A model generated the notes under the pieces. The model searched no databases. It saw only the letters and a program-made list of their open reading frames with translations, and was not told the origin of the DNA. A DNA stretch of 62,423 bases, filler included, from Basidiobolus ranarum (taxonomy: Eukaryota): NCBI GenBank assembly GCA_040143965.1. It is 20 parts of 20 records of this genome, joined end to end, with 100 filler letters (N's around TTAATTAATTAA, not from the genome) between each part and the next. Parts side by side here need not be neighbours in the genome. Positions count along the whole stretch, not along the records: positions 53,183 to 56,199 come from JASJQH010002791.1; positions 56,300 to 59,315 come from JASJQH010002792.1; positions 59,416 to 62,423 come from JASJQH010002794.1; 17 more parts are not named here. The stretch is one strand, 5' to 3'. Below, piece after piece: positions 53,083 to 62,423 of this stretch. The position numbers and the translations under genes were made by a program. The first letter of the stretch is position 1. Every line of letters starts with the position of its first letter.

Positions 53083-53427
53083 NNNNNNNNNNNNNNNNNN
53101 NNNNNNNNNNNNNNNNNNNNNNNNNNTTAATTAATTAANNNNNNNNNNNNNNNNNNNNNNNNNNNNNNNNNNNNNNNNNNNNGATATCAACTTCAAGCCG
53201 CTCAAAAGTGCACGTACGAATGTGGCGATTGTAATCCAGTTGAAGGTTGACGATTAGAATCGTGAAGTGATATCATATGCATATCAAACCATTGGAAAAG
53301 CACTACTTGACTGGATACCAAACCATTGGGGAAGCACTGCTCCACACGTAGCAAAGCACAAGCATTTCTATCATCATAGTCACAGTCTATTTTTCTCTTA
53401 CACTTTGCAGGTGGTTAGGTGGTTAGT

Positions 53428-53610
53428 GGACTTGTTCCATTGTGCCAGGATTTATCGGACCTTGGATCAATATATTAGAGGAAATGTGATTGAAATTGAT
53501 CATGCCAGAGGGTGCTCGATAAGTGCCAAATTGTGCCGCATGAATTTTAGAATACTTTATCCAATATGATATATACAGCACAATCTGGCACTATCACAGG
53601 GAACAAGTCT
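53428..53610 (+). mobile_element. MITE (183 bp), PHIS/Harbinger-like
   Basis: GGACTTGTTCC...GGAACAAGTCT with 3-bp TSD AGT/AGT. Confidence 0.87.
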
Positions 53611-54200
53611 AGTGAATCCCCATTCCCATTGCAATTAATTAATAAATTGATCAAGGATTTAGTTGAATATACATCAGATCAAGCAATGAATATGAAACCA
53701 GATTCGGATGTTTGTATGAGGACTTGTGACCTTTTACGGATGCATAGATCTAGCACCTACAGTGTATACACACCAATGGATATAGCTTTTAATCACTTAA
53801 TGATCAGCTAAATTTATACCACTTGCTGTTTCTCCGGTCAAACCAGCACTCACTATCCGTGAAAAGTTAGGATTAAAGCGATAGCTTAAATATTTAGCCA
53901 TCCAAAAACTTTAACAAAATGCATATCAGAATCAACAATACCAGTATAAATAGAGAGGATAAAGAGGTTTATTTAATTTAAATAATTCTATACAAGACAA
54001 TTATCATAAATTGAGCATAATTAGTAAATTAAATGAACTAAACAAAACTGCTGGTGCAGCTTACATGCAGAATGCGCAGCGACCTTGACCTACTGTATCT
54101 TATTTGACTCAGAATGTACTAATTTTGGGCATCATCAACGGTGATCCTCCGCATTCTAACTGCTTTAATTTTTCTATTCTACCTATATTCCTCCTAATAG

Positions 54201-54300
54201 GAGATGAGATAGAGATGATATAGAGATGAGATAGAGATGATATAGAGATGAGATAGAGATGATATAGAGATGAGATAGAGATGATATAGAGATGTGATAG
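54201..54300 (+). repeat. Minisatellite, 11-bp unit GAGATGA(G/T)ATA x ~9
   Basis: Direct reading; the G and T variants alternate, giving a 22-bp higher-order unit. Confidence 0.95.
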
Positions 54301-54906
54301 GCTTGCAGAGATCATTCAGAATCACCAGTTTATATTCCGTAACAACGGTTTGAATTTAAAACTCTGTTTCTATTACTTATGATGAATTCCCTCTGTAAAT
54401 TCCTTTACTTTATTATCATCAAAGGAGGGATGAACTTCTCTACTCTTTGCTTTTCTTATTTCTAACCCCCTAGTTACTAACCATTGTGAACAATTCTGAT
54501 GAACAGTGCCACTCTCTTAATATTAGGAGAATAGTGAAATGATTAGGACAATCGAATGTTGCTTTCTTGTCATACGAAGTAGCTAGTATTAGTTTACTGC
54601 TAACTTTTTGATTAGTAAAGCGCTAAACAGTATCAATATAGATTGTGCGACATGTGAGATTGGTATGTGACTTAAAAGAGCCATCAAAAAATGATTATAG
54701 TTGTGGGCATTATTGATATGAAAAATGAATAATTAGGTGTTCCGTTTCTATGGATGAGACCTCAAATAAAATAATATAAAAAAATTGGAGTAATCATAAA
54801 GCATTGCGGGTATGTTTTTATTAATGCATCTAAAAAGTGGCTATGCCAAAGTAGGTATCCGATCTAATAAGTTGTATACTAATTTACATCTATTCTAATA
54901 ATCTAA

Positions 54907-55371
54907 TTATTTTCTAGAGATTCTTGCTGAACGTCTTCGTAAGGTCATAGGACGACCAAAATCCTGAGTCCAATAGCTTCCTTGAGAATCGTACGCCATA
55001 CCAGTTTGAGTGAAGATTGGGTTTAGGATATTTCTACGATGTTCGGGTGAGTTCATCCAAGCATTCATGACTGATACCTCATCACCAAACCCTGCAGCCA
55101 CATTCTCGCCAATATTGCTCCAAACATATCCAGTCTCACTGATTCTCTGGCCTAGTGTTCGACCAGGTTCATCGTGAGTCATTTCGTGAATGGTAGCTTG
55201 GAAAATGGTATGTCTTTCAGCTGCCAAGGTGAGTCTTGGATCCATGGTCAAGGCTGGAGCCCCGACCAGTTGACGCTGTTGGTTAACTAGAGCGAGTAGT
55301 ACATTAGCATCAAAGGAGACAGCAACCCCGGAAAAAGCGAAAACGGCAGTGAATAAATTGGAGAACTTCAT
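54907..55371 (-). CDS. Secreted CAP/SCP domain protein, bacterial YkwD-like type (154 aa)
   Basis: Signal-peptide-like MKFSNLFTAVFAFSGVAVS; LVNQQR, GENVAAG, WMNSPEHRRNIL and YWTQDFG motifs; intronless. Confidence 0.92.
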   Translation of the reverse strand: MKFSNLFTAVFAFSGVAVSFDANVLLALVNQQRQLVGAPALTMDPRLTLAAERHTIFQATIHEMTHDEPGRTLGQRISETGYVWSNIGENVAAGFGDEVSVMNAWMNSPEHRRNILNPIFTQTGMAYDSQGSYWTQDFGRPMTLRRRSARISRK

Positions 55372-55405
55372 GATGTTGTATAATTCTCTGGAATGATGTG
55401 TGCGG

Positions 55406-55413
55406 TATTTATA
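55406..55413 (-). promoter_or_regulatory. TATA box of the CAP gene
   Basis: TATAAATA on the minus strand about 35 bp upstream of the ATG at 55371. Confidence 0.55.
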
Positions 55414-56299
55414 CGCAGTTATCACCAAACATCCTGATTACTTTGAACAGAAATCAACTATTCTTCAATTGCGATTAGACTAGGATAGAGGAGTCTGGAA
55501 TACAGAAGTTTAACCAATACTTAGGTGCTGTAAGATCCACCGGCCAATGGAAGAAAATTACCATACAGCAGTAGTATAGAAAAGAATCCCTATTGAATGA
55601 TCGAAGTTATCAGAATATTAGAGAGATCGATTCCAAAATTAGGAACTCACTTCTATTGCTAAATAAGAAGTCAAGGTTTAAGATTGCGATTCCGATCAGC
55701 AGTGCTTAAGAAAAGAGCGATCTAGAACCCTTCCTCAATATACTAGCCTTAAAAGGATGATGTCTTAATCATATTGATAGGGCTGTTAGGTCGATTATGA
55801 AGTCCAACCCTAACTCGCCAAAGAATAGTTATCATCGCTTCAGGAACATATCGTAGGGTATGCCATACTTTTGCATTCACTTGTAGAATTTGCATAGGAT
55901 TACATTTATCTTGATTAAGTTGATTTGCAGATATTTAGAGCCTATAGCAGTAGAAAAATGGTATCAGTTATTTCCAGTGAGAAGAAAAGTGCGTAGAATG
56001 TTACAACGATTTAATTCCCATTTCGAATATGTTTGACGCCACCGCGACCGTCAACATTTGTTTTAGAAAAGTTGCAGATAGAAGAAATTCATGATGCAGC
56101 AGGTAGTGTAATTAAATCTTGATCGTGCGCTATTTTTCATTACCAATCATAAACTATTCACCATCTATGTCTTTTATGACTAGCAAATACCCAGAAATAN
56201 NNNNNNNNNNNNNNNNNNNNNNNNNNNNNNNNNNNNNNNNNNNTTAATTAATTAANNNNNNNNNNNNNNNNNNNNNNNNNNNNNNNNNNNNNNNNNNNN

Positions 56300-57703
56300 G
56301 GAGCTTGTTGGAAGTGGTTTGGAGAATTAGAGGAATTGGTGGTTTTCACTTATTGATTTATTCAGCAGAAAGTTGACATTTATAGTTTTGTCAAGATGTA
56401 AACAAACTAATGTGTAGAATATGTTGAGGAATGTCCCAGGAGCATGTGTGAAAAGTTTGGGGCTTCTAGCTCAAGTTTGAAAAATCTATATATCTGAGAA
56501 CTTCTGAGTTGGTAAAAATATTCTAAGTAAATTCCTATTGAGAATAATTGATAATATCTTAGTGATTTATAAGATAACTAAGTACCAAGCTACATATGAC
56601 TATGTAGGTGTTTAGGCAATGCTAATTTCAACACTGAGAATTTCCAAGTTGGTAAAAATATTCTAAGTATGTTCTGATTGAGAATAATGGATAATATCTT
56701 AGTAAATTATAAAATAACTAAGTACTAAGATATATTTGACTCTATAGGTACTTAGGCAATGCTAATTTTAATACTCTCCATCAACTAAATAGTCATAAAA
56801 ACTATTCCTAATAAAGGTCTAAATATCTCCAATGTCTGTTCAGCTAATGGTTTGGTTAATATTTTAGCAATAGGGTATTCTGTAGAACATCCAGTTAAGT
56901 CAATAAACTTGTTTGCAATAGTCTCTTTAATGAAGTGATGTCTAATATCTGTATATTTGCTTCTATTATGAAACCTGTGATTTTTGGCTAATTTGATACA
57001 ACTTTGATTATCTTGAAATAATGTAGTTGGTGAATTTTGAGAATACCCCTAATCTGTTAAGAACTTTCTTAGCCATATTGTTTCTGTTTTTGCTTCATGG
57101 GCAGTCATGTATTCTGCTTCTGTTGTTGAAAGTGCTATGGCTAGTTGTTTCTTCAAATTATAAGAAATAGCTCCATTACAGCAAAGAAATCAGTATCCTG
57201 TTATAGCTCTCCTGTCTTCAATATCTCTTCCCCAGTTTGCATCTGAATATGCTATCAGATCAAAGTGTGATCCTGAAAAGGTGTATTTTAAGCATAGATC
57301 CACAGTACCTTTTGAATATCCAAAAATCTGCTTAACTGCTATGTTTTGATCAGATCCATTGTTCTGAAGATATTAGCACAGAACTCCCACAGAATATGCA
57401 GTATCTTGCCAAGATCCAGCCATGATATACAGCACACTACCAACCATAGATTTATAAGGAAACTTCTGGCTTTCATTTGAATCCAAAAAGTGCGATTTGA
57501 GCAACTTTTGATCAAGTTAAGAATTGTCTCCATTGGGGTAGACACTGAATTACATCCTTACATTTTAAACTTCTTTAGTATATCTGGGATATACTTAGAG
57601 TGGTTTAAAGTTATTGTTTTGGTAGTTCTATCTATCTTAATTTGGAATCTAAGATAGTACATCAGTTTACCAAGATCAGTCATTTTGAATTTGGCAGATA
57701 AGC
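56300..57703 (-). mobile_element. Copia family A, reverse: two LTR copies, PPT and degenerate RNase H/RT
   Basis: Reverse LTRs end near 56633 and 56772. 56785-57703 is homologous to 12543-13410. Confidence 0.9.
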
Positions 57704-58203
57704 TGTCACAATATGAAACTGGACAAGGACTGGAAACAACAACAAAAGGCTAGAAAGCAGGAGAGTACTTGGGTGTAGACCATAAGGTAAGGCAAGACAA
57801 GACAGAACTTGACAGGGAAGATACTTTGGCAAGAATCTTTATTGATAACTGGTGTTGATCAGACCTCAGTCTTATCAAGGAATACATGGTGCTTATATAG
57901 ATATTACAGGGTGAAACATAATATATTGAATAGAGAATATACTGTGGGAAGTTCAAGTGTTGGGATGTTGGGGACTACAAGGACCAATACAAAGAGGGAT
58001 GATGTAAGAATGATCAGCTGACCTTCCGTAGAAGGTCTTGGTGGAAACACACTATGTGTTAGATGATATGATTGGTTAGGTCTCATGAATGTTCCAAAGA
58101 ACATGACTTCCATATATGGTAACCTCAATGTACTAACACAAGATTGCCAAGAAGGGATGGCACAGCAGATCAGATGTCATAATCTCATAATAGAAGTTTT
58201 GGC
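57704..58203 (-). repeat. LTR family E
   Basis: Starts TGTCAC; reverse of 31600-32045. Confidence 0.72.
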
Positions 58204-58209
58204 ATGCAT

Positions 58210-59315
58210 TATTTAATATCCAGCAATTTCCACAAAAATCTAATTTTCAAATGGCAAATTACTGGGCTTACTGCTGTAGGAATTCAAATTAATATGTATG
58301 CCTTTATTTAGATATTTTGACTTTATATTCCAGTCATAGCAAGAATCAAAAAATACAAGAATCTTGTTGTGTTTAGTCTCTACATATGCACATACTTGCC
58401 TGATCAGACATAACTCAACAACATCAATATGCTTTACCAGCATACTAATGGTGGAGAAGTTGCTAAACATTTGAAATTTTGAATAGCACTGACACTTGGC
58501 AAATAGCTGACTCTTGTTACAATTTACAATTAGCATAAGCTCTTGAGTTTTGCATATTTCCTTAAAGAGTTCAACCAATATTTCCCCAACTTGCCATCAA
58601 AAATGTCCTACCACAGGCAGATGTATCATTGCTTGAATAGATTACCCCATAGCTAAAGCAAGAATACTGCATATCTTGATCTATCTTGCCAAGATATCTG
58701 TCTTGCAGCTTTCCTAGACATACCATCAGATAATCATATAAACAAATTAGTCCCAATTATAGAGGTATTCACTCTTAACCCAACAAATTACATCCATCAC
58801 TGATTTTGATGATACATTGTTAATACAATTAGCATATGGTAATACTGACAATTTCACATGCAGCATCATTTCACCACAAGTGCACTCCATTGAGAACTCC
58901 CAGAATGTATAGCAAGGGTCTATAATCTCCAAGCCCTGACAAAAATACAATTGATTTGATCCGGATTGGATCCACCCTCCAAAATAGCAAACCATCAGAG
59001 AACCAACACAATATAGTAGGCTTGCATTCTGCCAGTGATTTTGATGGTGTGACAGAGGTTTCTTCACTGTATCTCAACGGTATACATACATGTTAAAATA
59101 TTGATCCTCAAATTTGGCATGTGTTATTCAATATCCAGCAATTTTTGCAAAAGTATAACTTTCAAATGGCAAATTACTGGGTTTACTGCTGTAGGAATTT
59201 GAAATAATATGCATGCCTTTATTTAGATATTTTAGGCTTTGTATTCCAACCATAATGAGAATCAAAAAATACAAGAATCTTGTTGTGTTTAGTCTCTACA
59301 TATGCACATATTTGA
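58210..59315 (-). mobile_element. CACTA 3' fragment with a second CACTA right end nested at 58934
   Basis: Transposase frame (LEIIDPCYTFWEF) is interrupted exactly by CCCTGACAAAAAT. Confidence 0.85.
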
Positions 59316-59415
59316 NNNNNNNNNNNNNNNNNNNNNNNNNNNNNNNNNNNNNNNNNNNNTTAATTAATTAANNNNNNNNNNNNNNNNNNNNNNNNNNNNN
59401 NNNNNNNNNNNNNNN

Positions 59416-59971
59416 AGATGCCATGCAAGTATGCAGAAAGTGGCTTCAGCAGAAGAACATTCAACTTGACATTCAGTCTGGTGTTGACTATGCCAATATC
59501 TGGGAAGTACTCAATACAGAGTGGCACAATATTGCAGGGTATCTGCCATATGACTGGTAGAATGCTGATTCAGCAACATTAATACAATGGTGGGCTTTGC
59601 TGGAGATATTGATACAAACTTGTGTTGAATATGAGCTAAAACCTGGGTATCAAGAACTCTATAAAGATATTCAGGAGAATATATCAAAGAGACCAGGGAT
59701 TTGAAAGGTGACAAATTAGCATTCAAGTGGTAAATGTGTAAAATTTGAGTTATGTTTTTTGCACATGTGTTGATCCATAGTTCTCTGAGTTTGTAGCTAA
59801 TCTTGTGTAACTATTTGGCATGATCTTAAAATTTCATTCCTGAAACTGAAAAAATGGATGAAAATAAAATCTAACTTGACAATTTTATGATGGTTAGTAA
59901 ATGGGCAATCCAAAATGGATTAAAATTGAGATGGTTTTCCTATGATAACAATCCCCGACTTTCTGTTAGGG
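59416..59971 (-). mobile_element. CACTA left end (reverse) nested in another copy's transposase
   Basis: Ends TTTCTGTTAGGG at 59971; homologous to 21980-22534. Confidence 0.82.
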
Positions 59972-60815
59972 ATATGTAAGCCATATATGAACTACATTTA
60001 CCTGATTCAATGATTGCCAATTTTGTGCAAACAGTTCATGTCTTCAAGTTTCTCAGATCACTGGTAAAAGCCAAACAACTATTTGGACATGAAGGTAGTT
60101 TAATTACAGAAGGACTATAAGTCATACAATTGACCAGTGTTTACCACTTGTACCAGGTCTGTGGCAAGCAACAGATGCCAAACAACTGTGGTAAAAGTGT
60201 AAGAAAATCAATAAACACCTGGTGGCTAAGTTTGGATTGAAATCTCTGCTTGTCAATGATTAAAGCTGCTTCCTTTACTGCAATTGCTATGAGTTGACTA
60301 ATGCTTGCCAGTAACAAAGAGTCTGTAACAAAACCATTGTCTTCTTCTTCATTTTCAGATATGCTACTATCAGTACTGGAATAATCAAGGTTAACATCTA
60401 GCAGCATGTCCTCAAAGTTGTCTTGACTAACTTGTTCAATCCAAGTTGCATTTCTACCTATATCATTCTGGTCACATAACTGTGGTAAATCCAATGTATC
60501 TTGACTCTCAGCTGTGTAACTAAAACTTTGCAGTAAAACACAGCCAGTGGACTCAGTGGGCCCAACTAAAGTTAATGTTATGCACATTTTACTTTTGATA
60601 TTGACTAGGCTTTGTGCAGCTGGCAGCTTTGTACAGTGACTGTGCTTGTGATTATCTTTTCTATGAAGCCTCCAGCTTTCATAGCACAAGGATTGGTGTT
60701 AATAATAGCAAGGCTTCTTTAAATATTTTTGTTGTAGCATGAGAAGATTATTGTAGAAAAAAGAACTCCATCTATGGAAGGGTGGCATTTTAGGTCTATC
60801 CCATCAATATCATCA
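59972..60815 (-). mobile_element. CACTA transposase N-terminal region
   Basis: Reverse complement of 59972-60133 matches 18810-18970. Upstream ORF 60141-60689 has a Cys/His cluster and an acidic tract. Confidence 0.78.
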
Positions 60816-60819
60816 GATC

Positions 60820-61076
60820 TAACTTGGTGATTTCATGATGGTAAGTAAATGGTCAATCCGCAATGGATTAGAATTGTGATGGTTTTCTTACAATAAAAAT
60901 CCTCAAATTTCTGTTAGGGCTTGGCAAGATCTTTAAATTCACTCCTGAAACTTAAAAAATTGATTAAAATCAAAGCTAACTTAGACAATTTTATGATGGT
61001 AATAAACAGTCATTCCAAAATGGATCAAAGTTAGCATGGTTTTCTTCCAATAATGATCCTCAAATACTTGTTAGGG
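60820..61076 (-). repeat. Two stacked CACTA left-end fragments
   Basis: TGTTAGGG termini at 60919 and 61076, each preceded by left-subterminal sequence. Confidence 0.75.
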
Positions 61077-61079
61077 TAA

Positions 61080-62100
61080 TTAGGCAAATCTAAATCCTGG
61101 TATAATTCCGCTGATCCCTTATGAACATCTAAACTAGCTAAGGCTATGCAACAAAATGTATTTGAAGTACCAGATATGCACCTATTCTAGCAGTGCATTT
61201 AAGAGATGCTTGTTAAAATAGTATTGCCTGAGCATTTATATAGTCACTTATAGAGTAGTATTGAGTTATTAATATTTCACCAGGATATTGCCCATTACTC
61301 TTAATTGAAATTAAAATAAATATTTTCACAAACTTACAGGTTCTCAGACATATAGATTTCTTAGACATGTGCTAGGAGCTCTAAACTTCACACACATTCT
61401 GCTGAGACCTTCATTCTACATCTTAGTTTGCTTGAATCTTCACAAAACTTCAAATATCAACTTTTGACACATTGTATCACTAACCAAACACCACTAATTT
61501 CTCTAATTCTCCAAACCACTTTGAAGATGCTCTCAGGTACTTTAACAATACTTACACAGTATGTGCTGGAAGTATTGGGAGCTCTTGCTAGATATTGCTG
61601 ATACATTTTTAAGAGATTTACTGTTTATACTAACTTGTGTCATATTCAAACTTTTTAAAGAATTAGGAATGGAGTTGGAGTAATTGCACTTTCAATGCTG
61701 ACACAATTGAATCAAACTCTGTTAATATTCAGTTTATACTTTGCCCCATTTATTTCATGGTTTGGAGGCTGCAGGACTATTCTATGTCTTCTGGGGGTTT
61801 TGTACTGAATGCCTATGTGGAGATAAGCTGTATCAAGTCAACCTCTCAGTTGCACCATATGTAGACCTTGTCAAGATCATAACAACCAATTTGGTTACCA
61901 ATACAATTCTGTGGGATAAAGAGGATCATGTGAATAAAAAGTACAAATTGTTTCATTTTGCTGTACTCATTGATGCTGGGTAATATAAAAATTCTTTGCT
62001 AGGATGATTATGGAAGAAATATTTAACATGCAAGTCAAAATCCCAGAGAGAAATCTGCAAAATTTTACTCAATGCTGGTTTGCAGTCAGAATCCTTTCAC
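61080..62100 (+). mobile_element. Diverged CACTA transposase fragment interrupted by an old solo LTR A (61211-61547)
   Basis: YWELLLDIADTF and HLFHGLEAAGLFYVFWGFCTECLCG match the WELFVDIV and HL...GP...W.F..E..C blocks. The LTR reads TGTTA...TAACA with imperfect TSD ATGCT/ATACT. Confidence 0.6.
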
Positions 62101-62139
62101 AAATTGTGAAAAAACTGAAATCCAACTGTGAAAAATTGA

Positions 62140-62423
62140 CTTGATTACCTTAAATGGAAGTCATGTTCTTTGGAACATTCCATGAAACCTAACCAACCAT
62201 GTCATCCCACACATAGTGTATTTTCACCAAGACCTTCCATGGAAGGGCACCTGATCATCCTTACATCATCCTTACATCATCCCTCTTTTATTGGTCCTTG
62301 TAGTCCACAACACCCCAACTCTCAAACTTGCCACAGTATATTCCCTATTCAGTATATTATATTTCACCTTGCAATATCTATATAAGCCCCATGTATTCCT
62401 TGATCAGACCTCAGTCTGATCAA
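62140..62423 (+). repeat. Partial LTR family E
   Basis: Homologous to 31630-31900. Confidence 0.72.

Noticed and set aside
54109..54315. ORF with ISISSL repeats
   Set aside because: It is a translation of the minisatellite.
35776..55371. P450, histidine kinase and CAP protein as a gene cluster
   Set aside because: They lie on separate contigs placed together only by length sorting.
50068..55371. Bacterial contamination as the source of the kinase and CAP genes
   Set aside because: The kinase has seven in-frame spliceosomal introns, and the CAP contig carries a host MITE and a TATA box.
55372..55428. Longer 173-aa start for the CAP ORF
   Set aside because: It uses a non-ATG start and overlaps the TATA box; the ATG at 55371 gives a proper signal peptide.

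Overview
This window is not contiguous DNA. It is 20 unplaced contigs of about 3 kb, sorted by decreasing length (3037, 3036, 3035 ... 3016 bp; the last is cut by the window) and joined by a 100-bp artificial spacer (44 N + TTAATTAATTAA + 44 N), so adjacency across spacers is meaningless. The source is a eukaryote, most likely a fungus (short GT-AG introns with CTAAC/CTAAT branch points). The gene set suggests an early-diverging lineage, which is an inference. Most contigs hold degenerate, heavily nested transposons: several Ty1/copia families, Ty3/gypsy gag and pol fragments, a multi-copy CACTA/EnSpm (CMC) family with CCCT(A/G)ACA(A/G)AAAT termini and an unidentified divergently oriented second gene, and a TIR family (GGACTTGTTCC ends, 3-bp A-N-T target duplications) with a ~182-bp MITE and longer members. 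Recognisable host genes are a complete six-exon EB1/Bim1/Mal3 gene, a 5'-truncated cytochrome P450, an internal part of a dual (two-transmitter) hybrid histidine kinase, and an intronless, cysteine-free, bacterial-type CAP/SCP gene. The strongest genome-level signal is near-total CpG loss (CG to TG/CA) in repeats but not in host genes. I found no clearly new multi-gene system. The best leads are the CACTA accessory gene, the A-N-T-targeting TIR family and the repeat-restricted CpG mutagenesis. Family letters (LTR A-G) are my own labels, and boundaries without a TIR, TG..CA end or splice site are approximate.
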